Origin: Candidatus Aminicenantes bacterium
GTDB taxonomy: Bacteria > Acidobacteriota > Aminicenantia > Aminicenantales > JAFGAV01
Length of the DNA: 64,000 nucleotides
Assembly (NCBI GenBank): GCA_963702835.1
Contig: OY969762.1
Coordinates: 2,278,427-2,342,426 of the forward strand
Reading direction: 5' to 3'
Shown: piece by piece, positions 53,680-63,370 of the stretch
Layout: the number at the start of each line of letters is the position of its first letter
Numbering within the stretch: the first letter of the stretch is position 1
Notes under the pieces: generated by a model
What the model was told of the DNA's origin: nothing
The model's input: the letters and a program-made list of their open reading frames with translations, nothing else
The model's database searches: none
Made by a program: the position numbers and the translations under genes

Positions 53680-55578
53680 ATGTGCGGAATATGCGGCGTT
53701 CTGAGCCTTGACGCCGGCCCCCTCCCCCCCCAAAGCCGGGAAACGGTGAAGTCCATGACCGACGCCCTCGTCCACCGCGGCCCGGACGACGAGGGCGCTT
53801 ACAGCGACGAGCAGGTCGTCCTGGCCATGCGCCGGCTGAGCATCATCGACCTGGCCACGGGCCATCAGCCCCTCTCCAACGAAGACCGCTCGGTGTGGAC
53901 GGTCTATAACGGCGAGATCTTCAACTTTCCGGAGCTGCGGCGGGAGCTGGAAGAAGCCGGCCACCGCTTCTCAACCCGGAGCGACACCGAGGTCATCGTC
54001 CACCTCTACGAGGAGGCGGGCGAGGATTTCGTCCACCGGCTCAACGGCATGTTCGCCATCGCCCTGTGGGACACCAAGCGGCGGAAGCTGGTCCTGGTCC
54101 GCGACCGGCTGGGCATCAAACCCCTCCACACCCTGGAGTGGAAGGGCCGCCTTTACTTCGCCTCCGAGATCAAAGCTCTGCTGCGGACGGGCTTTCCCCG
54201 GGAAATGGACCTGGAGGCCCTGTCCCAGTTCTTCACTTTCGAGTACATCCCCGCCCCCCGCACAATTTTCAAAGGCATTCGCAAGCTCCTGCCCGGCCAG
54301 ATGATGATTGTCCAGAACGGCCGGGTCAAAACACGGCGCTACTGGGACGTCCGCTACGCGGCCGAAGCCCCGCCCGCCGAGAGCCGCTCCGAGGAATCCT
54401 GGGCCGAGGAGATCTACGAGCGGCTCAAGGGGGCGGTCCGGCGACGGCTCATCTCGGACGTGCCCCTGGGCGTGTTCCTCAGCGGCGGGATCGACTCGAG
54501 CGCCGTCACCGCCCTGATGGCCGAAGTGTCGAGCGGCCCGGTCCGCTCTTTTTCCATCGGGTTCCAGGAGGAGACTTTCAACGAGCTGCCCTGGGCCCGG
54601 GTCGTAGCCGAGCGATTCCGGACCGAGCACACCGAGTTCGTGGTCGGGCCGGACCAGGTCAGGGAGCTGGTGCCGGTGCTGGCCGGCTGCCTGGACGAAC
54701 CCCTGGCCGACGCTTCCTGCATCCCCACCTACATCATCTCTAAGCTGGCCCGCCGCCATGTCACCGTAGCCCTGGCCGGGGACGGCGGCGACGAGCTTTT
54801 CGCCGGCTACGATACCCACAAAGCCTACCGGCTGGCCCGTCTCTACCGCCGGGTTCCGGCTTTTTTGCGGAAAGGCTTGGTCCGGCCGGTGGTCCGTCGC
54901 CTGCCCGCCTCGGCTAAAAGGCTGAGCTTCGAGTTCAAGGCCAAGAAGTTCATCTCGGGGGTCGAGCATCGGCCCGAAGTCGCCAACATTCTGTGGTGGG
55001 GCGCTTACGGGCCCGAGGAAAAATCACAGCTCTTCTCCTCCGGCCTTCGCGCAGCTCTGGCCGAGGAGCGCCTTTTCGAGCCGGTGGACTATTGGCTGTC
55101 CTCCGCTCCCGCCGATGACACGCTCGACCGCATCTGCTATCTCGACCTCAAGCTCTATCTCCAGGACGACCTGCTGGTCAAAGTGGACCGCATGAGCATG
55201 GCTAACTCTTTAGAGATCCGGGCGCCCTTCCTGGACTATACCTTCGTCGAGTTCGCCGCCACCATCCCTCCCGCCCTTAAACTCAAGGGCTTCCGCTCAA
55301 AATATATTCTTAGAAAGATGCTCCGAGGCCTGCTGCCCCAAGAGATCCTGGCCAAGAAGAAAATCGGCTTCGACATTCCCCTGGGCGATTGGATTCGGAA
55401 GGGGCTGCGGGACTTCGTGCTCGAGACGCTCGCGCCGGAGAATCTGCGGAAACACGGCCTGTTCGAGCCGCGCTTCGTGGCCCGGGTGCTGGACGAGCAT
55501 TTCCGCGGCCGGCACAACCACCGCCAGCTCCTCTGGCCGCTCATCATCTTCCAATCCTGGCACGACCGCTACCTCTAG
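53680..55578 (+). CDS. asnB: Asparagine synthase-family amidotransferase
   Basis: MCGICG, HRGPD, RDRLGIKP, LSGGIDSS, KVDRMSMANSLE. Confidence 0.94.
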   Translation: MCGICGVLSLDAGPLPPQSRETVKSMTDALVHRGPDDEGAYSDEQVVLAMRRLSIIDLATGHQPLSNEDRSVWTVYNGEIFNFPELRRELEEAGHRFSTRSDTEVIVHLYEEAGEDFVHRLNGMFAIALWDTKRRKLVLVRDRLGIKPLHTLEWKGRLYFASEIKALLRTGFPREMDLEALSQFFTFEYIPAPRTIFKGIRKLLPGQMMIVQNGRVKTRRYWDVRYAAEAPPAESRSEESWAEEIYERLKGAVRRRLISDVPLGVFLSGGIDSSAVTALMAEVSSGPVRSFSIGFQEETFNELPWARVVAERFRTEHTEFVVGPDQVRELVPVLAGCLDEPLADASCIPTYIISKLARRHVTVALAGDGGDELFAGYDTHKAYRLARLYRRVPAFLRKGLVRPVVRRLPASAKRLSFEFKAKKFISGVEHRPEVANILWWGAYGPEEKSQLFSSGLRAALAEERLFEPVDYWLSSAPADDTLDRICYLDLKLYLQDDLLVKVDRMSMANSLEIRAPFLDYTFVEFAATIPPALKLKGFRSKYILRKMLRGLLPQEILAKKKIGFDIPLGDWIRKGLRDFVLETLAPENLRKHGLFEPRFVARVLDEHFRGRHNHRQLLWPLIIFQSWHDRYL

Positions 55579-55590
55579 GGGGACAAAGCC

Positions 55591-56307
55591 ATGTCGCAGT
55601 TCCTGCTAAAATCCATTATCGCCGTCTTTTTCCTCGTGGCCGGCCTGACCGCCGCCCTGGCCATGCTGACTATGATGGGAAGGGCCGATGAGAAAAAGAA
55701 CCCGGCCCGGCTCCGCAGGATTCATAAAGGGGCGGGGATCGTGTTCGGGCTTCTGCTCCTGACGCTCAGCGTCATCTGTGTCCGCTACTGGGTCAAGGCC
55801 GGCGACGAGATCTCGCTCCGGGCCGTCCTCCATTCCTATCTTTCGCTCGCGCTTTTGGTCGTTTTCTCCCTCAAAGTGATCATCGTCCAATTCTACAGAC
55901 AGCTGCTGAAGATCGTCCCGACCTTGGGCCTTACGGTCCTAGTCCTGGCCCTGGTCATCTTTTTGAGTTCGGCGGCATATTATTTCCTGAGGACAGGCCG
56001 GGCCTCTCTCCAAACGCTCCCCTCCTCTCCTCCTCTTCAATCCGGGATCAGGGAAGATGCGGCCGGCGGGGAGCGTCTCTTCAAGAGCCTGTGCGCCGGC
56101 TGTCATGCCTCCGACAGCGAAGAGTGGCGGACGGGCCCCGGCCTTCGAGGAATCCTGAGGAAAGACAGGCTGCCTAAAAGCGGCCGGCCGGCCACGGTCG
56201 AAAACATCCTCAAGCAGCTTCGAACTCCCTATCTGGCCATGCCGGCTTTTCGCTCTCTTTCGGCCCAGGACACGGCTGGCCTCCTGGCTTACCTCAAAAC
56301 CCTCTAA
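55591..56307 (+). CDS. Membrane-anchored c-type cytochrome (DUF6529-like 4-TM domain plus monoheme domain)
   Basis: Four TMs with His residues; CAGCH heme motif; distal AMP. Confidence 0.78.
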   Translation: MSQFLLKSIIAVFFLVAGLTAALAMLTMMGRADEKKNPARLRRIHKGAGIVFGLLLLTLSVICVRYWVKAGDEISLRAVLHSYLSLALLVVFSLKVIIVQFYRQLLKIVPTLGLTVLVLALVIFLSSAAYYFLRTGRASLQTLPSSPPLQSGIREDAAGGERLFKSLCAGCHASDSEEWRTGPGLRGILRKDRLPKSGRPATVENILKQLRTPYLAMPAFRSLSAQDTAGLLAYLKTL

Positions 56308-56355
56308 AGAAAAACCCGGGGGAACGCCTTCCGCCAAAAGTTTTGAAAATCGCTA

Positions 56356-56379
56356 GAACTTTTCATCGGCTCGTTCGTC
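56356..56379 (+). promoter_or_regulatory. Putative autoregulatory ECF promoter
   Basis: GAAC-N16-CGTC immediately before the ECF sigma ATG at 56387. Confidence 0.5.
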
Positions 56380-56386
56380 CCAATAA

Positions 56387-57037
56387 ATGAAAGGTCGTTA
56401 CGTGGAGCGTCCCCCAGAAACAAGCTCGGCCGTGCCGGGGGCCTTTGATAAAACGCCCAGCCGAGCCTCCTTCGACGCGCTCTATGACCGATATAAGGAC
56501 ATGGTCTTCAAATTTGCCTTCCACCTGACCCAGGACCGGAGAGAGGCCGAAGACCTCTATCAGGAAACATGGCTGCGAGTCGTCCGGCACTTCTCCGAAA
56601 TTCGGACAACGCCCGAAAAATTGAAACCCTGGCTCTACACCATCGTCTCCAACCTGTTTAAGGATAACTTGCGCAGGAAATGGGCCAGGCCTCTGTTCCA
56701 CCCCCAACAGACAGATTCTCAATCTGAGGCCTGGGATCCCGTCAACCAAGTAGTCTCCTTGGAACCGGGTCCGGAAAAAGCGGCCGAGAACGCGCATACT
56801 GCCCGCTTGATCCAAAAGGCCGTGTCCAGGCTGCCCCACAGGCAGCGGCAGGTTTTCCTGCTCAAGGAAGTCGAAGGTCTCCGGCAAGAGGAAATCTCCC
56901 AAATTCTCGGTATCCCCAAGGGAACAGTCAAATCTTTGGGCCATCGGGCCGCTAAGAGGCTGCAGCGGGAGTTGACAGCCTATAATCTCGGAAAAAGGAA
57001 AGACCCATGCGTTGCCAGGACGTTGAGCGTCTATTGA
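56387..57037 (+). CDS. ECF RNA polymerase sigma factor
   Basis: AEDLYQETWL, WLYTIVSN, EISQILGIPKGTVKS. Confidence 0.9.
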   Translation: MKGRYVERPPETSSAVPGAFDKTPSRASFDALYDRYKDMVFKFAFHLTQDRREAEDLYQETWLRVVRHFSEIRTTPEKLKPWLYTIVSNLFKDNLRRKWARPLFHPQQTDSQSEAWDPVNQVVSLEPGPEKAAENAHTARLIQKAVSRLPHRQRQVFLLKEVEGLRQEEISQILGIPKGTVKSLGHRAAKRLQRELTAYNLGKRKDPCVARTLSVY

Positions 57038-57486
57038 TCGAAACTGAGGATAAGGACTTCGGAGCGGCCGATGATCAAGACCTGGCCGGACACCTGGCTC
57101 AGTGTGCCCGGTGCCGGGCCGGGCTGGCCGCCCGGAAAGGCCTAAGGCTTCAGCTCGCGCATCTGTCCGCCCCTCCGCTTTCGCCCGGGTTGGAGCAGAA
57201 GGTCCGCCGCCTGTGCTATGCCGAAATCAACCGGATCCAACGGCCGGCTCCCGGCTCCGCGCGGCAAGGAGAGACGAAGCTGCCCGGCTTTTTATGGCCG
57301 ATTTTCGGAGCGCTCGTCCTCATCAGCATGGTCTTGCTCTTTTCCGGTTTGCAGGCCTTGGTCGAACGCGGCCTGTGGACCCCGCAGGCGACCTTGGCTC
57401 TGGTTTTAATTGTCCAGAACGGCTTGACGCTTCTTTTGGCCCCGCTCCTCCTGGCCCGGCGGCCGGAGAACGGAGTCGCTTTATGA
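57007..57486 (+). CDS. Zinc-binding anti-sigma factor
   Basis: C..V...HLAQCARC (ZAS motif) plus TM helices. Confidence 0.8.
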   Translation: MRCQDVERLLIETEDKDFGAADDQDLAGHLAQCARCRAGLAARKGLRLQLAHLSAPPLSPGLEQKVRRLCYAEINRIQRPAPGSARQGETKLPGFLWPIFGALVLISMVLLFSGLQALVERGLWTPQATLALVLIVQNGLTLLLAPLLLARRPENGVAL

Positions 57487-57538
57487 ACAAACCGTCCCAG
57501 AATCCCCTGAAAAAGGCAAAAACTCAAGGAGGTCAACC

Positions 57539-57997
57539 ATGTCCGACGCGCCCTTGAAGGTCATCGGCATCATCCTCTTGGTGATTCTCATTTCCTCGGT
57601 CGGGCTGGTCTCGTTCGGCTGGCCCCTCCGTCACCCTTTCCATATCTTCCCCTTCACCCTGTCCCTTTCAATCCTATGGATCGTCCTGGCCGTGTGGGTC
57701 TATCGAGACGCCGAGAACCGCGGCATGAGCGGCGTGCTCTGGGCGCTCCTGGTCATTATCGGCAGTCTGGTCGGCCTGCTGATCTATCTCATCGTCAGGT
57801 CCGAAAGGAAACTTCCCGCCCCGGAAGCCAAGACGGGGAGCGTCTGCCCCTCCTGCGCTCAGCCCCTGACCCCGGGCTACAAGTTCTGCCCCCATTGCGG
57901 AAAGCCGCTGGAAACCGTCTGCCCGGCCTGCGGCAAGCCGGCTGAGAATTCCTGGAAAGCCTGTCCCCACTGCGGCCAGCAGTTCCCCGCGAAATAA
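57539..57997 (+). CDS. Membrane protein with double zinc ribbon
   Basis: TMs, WVYRDA..RG, CPSC/CPHC/CPAC/CPHC. Confidence 0.82.
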   Translation: MSDAPLKVIGIILLVILISSVGLVSFGWPLRHPFHIFPFTLSLSILWIVLAVWVYRDAENRGMSGVLWALLVIIGSLVGLLIYLIVRSERKLPAPEAKTGSVCPSCAQPLTPGYKFCPHCGKPLETVCPACGKPAENSWKACPHCGQQFPAK

Positions 57998-58052
57998 GCG
58001 GGCGATTGCCAAGCCCGCCCGGCAATTGTAGAATGCAGGCGACTCAGAATTC

Positions 58053-58703
58053 ATGGTCGACAAGCGGGATATTTACCGGGCTTTTCGCCGCTCCGGTCTG
58101 CTGACCAAGCTCTATCTCCGGCTCAAGTTTAAGATCTGCCCGCTGCTGGCCGTCGAGCCTTTTCTCCCCGCCCGCGGGGAAATCATGGACCTGGGCTGCG
58201 GGAACGGACTGTTCGCCGCCCTCCTGACCCTGGGCTCGGCCGGACGGCGGATCACCGGTTTCGACTTAGACCCCAAGAAAATCAAGGTGGCCCAGGAGCT
58301 CAAAGAGGCCAACGCCTGGTCCAACATCAACTTCCGCCTGAACGATATTGTGGACATGGGCTATCCACAGGCGGACGTATTCACCTTGATCGACATCCTC
58401 TATCTCATCCCTTACGCAGACCAGAAAACCATCCTCCGGAAATGTGCCCGGTCGCTTCCCCCCGGAGGCATGCTAATCATCAAAGAGATGGACACCCGGC
58501 CGCGCTGGAAATACGCCTGGAACATGATCCAGGAGGCCCTGGCCGTCAAGGTCATCGGCTTCACCCTGGGCAGCCGGTTCTATTTCCGCTCCTGCCCGGA
58601 TTTCATGACGATCCTTTCCTCCCTGGGCTTCGAAACGACCGTCGTCGAGCTCCACCGCGGCTACTGGTACCCGCACATCCTCTATGTCTGCCGGAAATCA
58701 TAG
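58053..58703 (+). CDS. Class I SAM-dependent methyltransferase
   Basis: DLGCGNG, IDILYLI, LPPGG. Confidence 0.85.
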   Translation: MVDKRDIYRAFRRSGLLTKLYLRLKFKICPLLAVEPFLPARGEIMDLGCGNGLFAALLTLGSAGRRITGFDLDPKKIKVAQELKEANAWSNINFRLNDIVDMGYPQADVFTLIDILYLIPYADQKTILRKCARSLPPGGMLIIKEMDTRPRWKYAWNMIQEALAVKVIGFTLGSRFYFRSCPDFMTILSSLGFETTVVELHRGYWYPHILYVCRKS

Positions 58704-58834
58704 GGAATATGATTCGAATTCTCTAAAATTCGGTTTGTGTCCCCATCCCCCTGCTATTGTTGATTCGGTCCGCTTGCTTTGTATCTGCCGGGACTAGATT
58801 AACGAGATTGTTTCGCTATTTCAGGGCGAGAGAT

Positions 58835-59236
58835 TTAGCCATTTTCTAATTTAGCAGCCTTCAATGGAATTTCGCTTGCTGTAATCCAAGCGTTGTTCTG
58901 TTTGAACTTGATTTTGAATATATAAACTCCTGCTTTTTCGAATCGTAAGTTTTGCAAAACAATATTCGTGCGATGCCTTTCTTTCTCGACGATAATATCC
59001 TTTGGTTCAATTAAATCTATTTCAGAAGAATCCGGTGCAGTAAGAGTTACTTTTAACTTTAAAACTTCGTTTCCCGGATTATCGGTATGCCAAATACTGC
59101 CAATAGACAATATTTGATGAGTGGCAGGAAATTGCTTTGCACTTATTTCTTCAATGCAGGTCAAATAGCTAAGGAGATTCGTCTCACGATCAATGCTTAC
59201 ACGCTCACATAAAATCGTCCAGATATGTTTGATCAT
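58835..59236 (-). CDS. DUF6941-like beta-rich protein, third gene of the hicAB operon
   Basis: WTILCE.VSID..TN..S...I and F..AG.Y.F; TAATG overlap with hicB. Confidence 0.68.
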   Translation of the reverse strand: MIKHIWTILCERVSIDRETNLLSYLTCIEEISAKQFPATHQILSIGSIWHTDNPGNEVLKLKVTLTAPDSSEIDLIEPKDIIVEKERHRTNIVLQNLRFEKAGVYIFKIKFKQNNAWITASEIPLKAAKLENG

Positions 59237-59721
59237 TAGTTAACCCTTGTCCCAATATGAGTCATAGCGTCTGCGGCCGATCCAGCAGACAGAGGAAAAT
59301 CAAGGTCATTAGTATTTGAGGACTCCGAAATAGAATTGGCAACAGCTTTAGATAGAAGCTCTTTGAGATCATACATTTTCTTTTTTATCTCTTTTTCACC
59401 AGACCTCTTGGCAAGCAGGCATACAATATATGTATTGAGCGAAATACCATCTTCTTCGGCAGCCTGGGATAGGTCTGCATGAAGATGCTTGGGCAAACGC
59501 ACCCTTAGTTGTCCGCTGAAATTGCACGCTTTTTGTTCATCGGGCACAGGACGGCCTGCCTTTTTCAAGGATTCAAAGAAAGCAGAGGAGGCGATTTTCA
59601 ACTCCGCTAAAGCACGGTTCTGAGTTTTGCCAAAAGCGCTTAGGCCTTCGACCCCAGGAATAGCGGCGATATAGCCTTGGTCTTCATCGCTCCATTTGAT
59701 CGACACCGCATGCTTAAACAT
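59236..59721 (-). CDS. hicB: HicB antitoxin with RHH domain and ~55-aa C-terminal extension
   Basis: WSDEDQGYIA.IP..EGLSAFGKT...AL; FSGQLRVRLPKHLH. Confidence 0.88.
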   Translation of the reverse strand: MFKHAVSIKWSDEDQGYIAAIPGVEGLSAFGKTQNRALAELKIASSAFFESLKKAGRPVPDEQKACNFSGQLRVRLPKHLHADLSQAAEEDGISLNTYIVCLLAKRSGEKEIKKKMYDLKELLSKAVANSISESSNTNDLDFPLSAGSAADAMTHIGTRVN

Positions 59722-59724
59722 GCA

Positions 59725-59982
59725 TCACTCCTTGGAGATGAGATTATTTTCTTCAATGAAATTAACAAGCTGTCTGACTTGATATGGCTTGGCCTTTCCA
59801 TCTTTCATCTTTTGAAGAGAAATTAAGAAAAATGGACTGCTTGACTTATAGATATGATGAGACCCTTTAATTCTATCAAGCTTCATGCCCATACACTCAC
59901 ATAAAAATTCAATCTCGGAAAACCTAATATTCTTTGGGGCGCTTCTTGCTTTTTCAAATAATTCACAACATTTTTTGTTCAC
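59725..59982 (-). CDS. hicA: HicA mRNA interferase toxin
   Basis: NIRFSEI, GSHHIY, KAKPYQVRQ. Confidence 0.88.
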   Translation of the reverse strand: MNKKCCELFEKARSAPKNIRFSEIEFLCECMGMKLDRIKGSHHIYKSSSPFFLISLQKMKDGKAKPYQVRQLVNFIEENNLISKE

Positions 59983-60010
59983 CTATTGTTCCAAATTTAC
60001 ACAAAATACT

Positions 60011-60038
60011 TGGTACCATATTTGGTACCATTTGTCAA
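60011..60038 (-). promoter_or_regulatory. hicAB promoter/operator
   Basis: Two TGGTACCA palindromes (60011, 60023) just downstream of a minus-strand TTGACA (60033-60038). Confidence 0.6.
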
Positions 60039-60189
60039 TACCATTATCACGATGCTTTTTGCTAATAAAATAACATTACTATTAAAATGACGATCGAAGT
60101 TCAGCTGAATAATCACTAAGTGAAATTTCTATTTACTTGTATCGATAGATTATTTGTGGCATAAATAGGAACTTCAGTAGGATTCCCTC

Positions 60190-61296
60190 ATGTCCGATCC
60201 GATCGTGAAGGCCGATTGCCGGTACTTCCGGGGCGAGAAACCCTGCCGCTTCGGCTATCCCTGCGACGATTGCCTCCGCTATGACCCCATCCGCCAGAAG
60301 GTCCTGGTCATCAAAGGCCGGGCCCAGGGCGATGTGCTGAGGACGACCCCGCTCCTCCCCGGCTTAAAGAGGAAATACCCCCACAGCTTCCTCACTTGGC
60401 TGACCGATGCCGACAGCCTGCCGCTCCTGGATAACAACCCCCTTCTCGACCGCCTGCTGCCCTTCAACCTCGAGTTCGTCCTGCCCCTCCTGGTCGAGCG
60501 GTTTGATGTGGTCATCTGCCTGGACAAGGAGCCGGCCTTCATTGCTCTGGCCACCCGAATCGAGGCCGGCCAGAAATTCGGTTTTGGAATGAACCCGGAG
60601 GGAAATCTCATCCCCCTGAACGCCGCGGCCCAGTACGCTTACCGTCTGGGCCTGGATGATGAGCTCAAGTTCAGGCTCAATCAAAAGACCTACCAGGAGA
60701 TCGCCGCCGAGGCCGCCGAAGTGGAATACCACCGGGACGAATATGTCTTCCATTTGAATGAAGAAGCCAAGAAAAAGGCCGCCGATTTCATCCGGCGCCG
60801 GCACGTCCCTAAAGGCCGCCCGGCCATCGGCCTCAACACCGGGGCCGGCTCCAAATTTGAGACCAAGCAATGGCCGGAAAAGCATTTCCTCAAGCTCATC
60901 CGGCTTCTTCAGCGGGAGCTCAAGGCCAACATCTTTCTGTTGGGCGGGCCGCGGGAGGCCGCGCTCAATGCGCGCCTGGAAAAACGCTCGCCGGTCCGGG
61001 TATTCCACACCGGCACAGACAACACCCTCCCGGAGTTCGCCGGTTTCCTGAGCTTCATGGATGCCGTAGTCTGCTCCGACACCCTGGCCATGCACCTGGC
61101 CATCGCCCTAAAAAAGAAGATGGTGGTCCTCTTCGGCCCGACCAGTCCTCAGGAAATCGACCTCTACGGCCGGGGGGTTAAGCTCTCCTCCGGCGCCTCC
61201 TGCGCGCCCTGCTACAAGCAGACCTGCGGAGACATGCGCTGCATGAAGGACATCTCCCCGGAAAAGGTCCTGGAAGCCGTCCGGTCGCTGCAATAA
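60190..61296 (+). CDS. GT9 (LPS heptosyltransferase-like) glycosyltransferase
   Basis: GDVLRTTP, TKQWP, CSDTLAMHLA, LFGPT. Confidence 0.9.
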   Translation: MSDPIVKADCRYFRGEKPCRFGYPCDDCLRYDPIRQKVLVIKGRAQGDVLRTTPLLPGLKRKYPHSFLTWLTDADSLPLLDNNPLLDRLLPFNLEFVLPLLVERFDVVICLDKEPAFIALATRIEAGQKFGFGMNPEGNLIPLNAAAQYAYRLGLDDELKFRLNQKTYQEIAAEAAEVEYHRDEYVFHLNEEAKKKAADFIRRRHVPKGRPAIGLNTGAGSKFETKQWPEKHFLKLIRLLQRELKANIFLLGGPREAALNARLEKRSPVRVFHTGTDNTLPEFAGFLSFMDAVVCSDTLAMHLAIALKKKMVVLFGPTSPQEIDLYGRGVKLSSGASCAPCYKQTCGDMRCMKDISPEKVLEAVRSLQ

Positions 61297-61301
61297 CCGC
61301 T

Positions 61302-62066
61302 ATGGCTGGCCCGAAGAAAAAACGCGCGGTGGTCATGATCCCGACCTACAACGAGGCGGAGAACATCGCCGAGCTGGTCAGGGACATCCTTGCCCTCCAG
61401 GTTCCTTTCGACCTGCAGGTCCTGGTGGCCGACGACAATTCTCCGGACGGCACCTGGAAGATCGTCCAGGGGCTGGCCCGCCGCGACCGGCACGTCCATC
61501 TCCTGCGCCGGATGAAACGGCGGGGCCGCGGCTCGGGCGGCATCGACGGTTTCAAGGCCTCCCTCAACCTGGGCGCAGACTATGTCGTGGAAATGGACGG
61601 CGACTTCTCCCACCGGCCGTGTCATATACCGGCCTTGCTCGAGGCGGCGGGCCGCACTGATGTCGTGCTCGGGTCGCGTTTCATCAAAGGCGGCCGGGAC
61701 GCCGACCGCAGCCTGCTCCGCCGTTTTATCACCTGGCTGGTGCGGCGTTTCGTCCGCTCCCAGTTTCGCCTCCCGGTCCGTGACGTCTCTTCCGGGTTCC
61801 GCGTTTTCCGCCGCCGGGTGCTGGAGGCGCTCGACCTGGATGACTTGATCTCGGTCGGCCCCTCAGTCGTGCTGGAAACGCTCAGCAAAGCCCACCTCCT
61901 GGGATTCTCCATCGGCGAAGTGCCTATCGTCTTCGTGGACCGCACCCGGGGAAGGACCAAGCTCAGCTTCCTGACGCTCCTGGAGACGCTGGTCATGGCC
62001 TTCCAATTCAAAAAAAGGTTCGCCAAACTCTCCCCAGCCCGGGAGAAAAGAAGGCGGACACACTGA
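61302..62066 (+). CDS. Polyprenol-phosphate mannose synthase-like GT2
   Basis: IPTYNEAENI, DDNSPDGT, EMDGDFSH, GSRF. Confidence 0.9.
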   Translation: MAGPKKKRAVVMIPTYNEAENIAELVRDILALQVPFDLQVLVADDNSPDGTWKIVQGLARRDRHVHLLRRMKRRGRGSGGIDGFKASLNLGADYVVEMDGDFSHRPCHIPALLEAAGRTDVVLGSRFIKGGRDADRSLLRRFITWLVRRFVRSQFRLPVRDVSSGFRVFRRRVLEALDLDDLISVGPSVVLETLSKAHLLGFSIGEVPIVFVDRTRGRTKLSFLTLLETLVMAFQFKKRFAKLSPAREKRRRTH

Positions 62067-62143
62067 ACGAAGCGGAATGTCATTCCGCTTGACTCACATG
62101 TCGGTGCAGAGGGGATGACCGGCATCCGGCCAACAGGAGGCTT

Positions 62144-62950
62144 ATGAAAAAATCGCGGCGCCAGGTTCTGGGCCAGCACTATCTCCACAACCGGCGGGTT
62201 CTGGATAAAATCGTCCGGACCATCGATCCGCGGAGAGACGAACTGATCGTCGAAATCGGCCCGGGCCGGGGCGCCCTGACTTTTCCCCTGGCCGAGAAGG
62301 CCGGCCGGGTCGTGGCCCTGGAAAAGGACAGCCGGCTCATCCCCGGCCTCCAAGAGAAGGCACCGACGAACTTGTCCCTTATCGAAGCCGATGCCCTGCG
62401 GGTCTCATTCAAAGAGGTCCTCAAGCGTTTTCCGGAGTTCAGCCCTCCGGTCAAACTGGCCGGCAACCTGCCCTATTCCATCTCCTCTCCCCTCCTGTTC
62501 AAGGTCCTCGAGGAAAAAAAGCTTTTCGGCCGGTGCGTATTTCTCCTTCAGAAAGAGGTGGCTCAGCGGGTCTGCGCCAAGCCGGGCTCCAAACAGTACG
62601 CTCCCCTGTCCATTCTTATACAGATGCACTTCGAGGCCAAAATTCTTTTCACAGTGTCACCCGCCTCATTCAGCCCGCCGCCCAAGGTGGACTCAGCCCT
62701 GATCCGCCTTGAGAAACGCGAACATCCCCTGTTCCTCGGGCCGGACGAAAAAGATTTCGGCGCCTTCCTCCAGTCCGCCTTCAGCCATCGCCGCAAGACA
62801 TTATGGAACAACCTTTTGGCCTCCGGTTTCGACCGTCCGGCCCTACAAAACGCGTTTCATCACAACGGCCTCGACCCCAAGGTCCGCGCCGAATCCCTGC
62901 CCATCGACCAGCTCGTCCGCCTTCACCTCCTTACCGTTGTTAAAAAATAG
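62144..62950 (+). CDS. rsmA: 16S rRNA m6,2A1518/1519 dimethyltransferase
   Basis: LGQHYL, EIGPGRG, GNLPYSIS, FSPPPKVDS. Confidence 0.94.
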   Translation: MKKSRRQVLGQHYLHNRRVLDKIVRTIDPRRDELIVEIGPGRGALTFPLAEKAGRVVALEKDSRLIPGLQEKAPTNLSLIEADALRVSFKEVLKRFPEFSPPVKLAGNLPYSISSPLLFKVLEEKKLFGRCVFLLQKEVAQRVCAKPGSKQYAPLSILIQMHFEAKILFTVSPASFSPPPKVDSALIRLEKREHPLFLGPDEKDFGAFLQSAFSHRRKTLWNNLLASGFDRPALQNAFHHNGLDPKVRAESLPIDQLVRLHLLTVVKK

Positions 62951-63074
62951 ACCAGCAATTCTAATTATAAATTCATATTTTATTGGTCGATATGGCTTGG
63001 GGGAGGGCTGAAACAACGTGAGCGGTTTAGCCAGGGAGCGACGGGTTTCGAGGACAATTTAGGGCAATAGATAG

Positions 63075-63220
63075 AAGCGTCCCCAATGCCGTAAATCATG
63101 GGGAGGGGTGGCGCGGCGGAGGGGTTCCCCGCCTGCGCGCAGCCTTGCGAGCACAGCCGGGGAGGAGCCGCGACAGGACCCCTCCTCTTTTTGAATGCAA
63201 GGTCATGGGAGGGGATGCTT
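63075..63220 (+). repeat. MITE/REPIN-like element, copy 3
   Basis: AAGCGTCCCC / GGGGATGCTT termini; internal sequence colinear with copy 1. Confidence 0.75.
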
Positions 63221-63370
63221 CCTATCGCGCAGCCGACCGAGAAACCCGGAGATTCCGCTGCGTTAAAAACCGCGACCAGGAGCCAAACCGCTTTCCCAAG
63301 CTATATCCTGCCACATTATAAATTGTTGTTTTTGACAACTTTTCATACCCCATGCTACAATGCCCGCACC

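Noticed and set aside
37715-63220. CRISPR array from the repeated core
   Set aside because: Copies are kilobases apart, in both orientations, with no spacers or cas genes.
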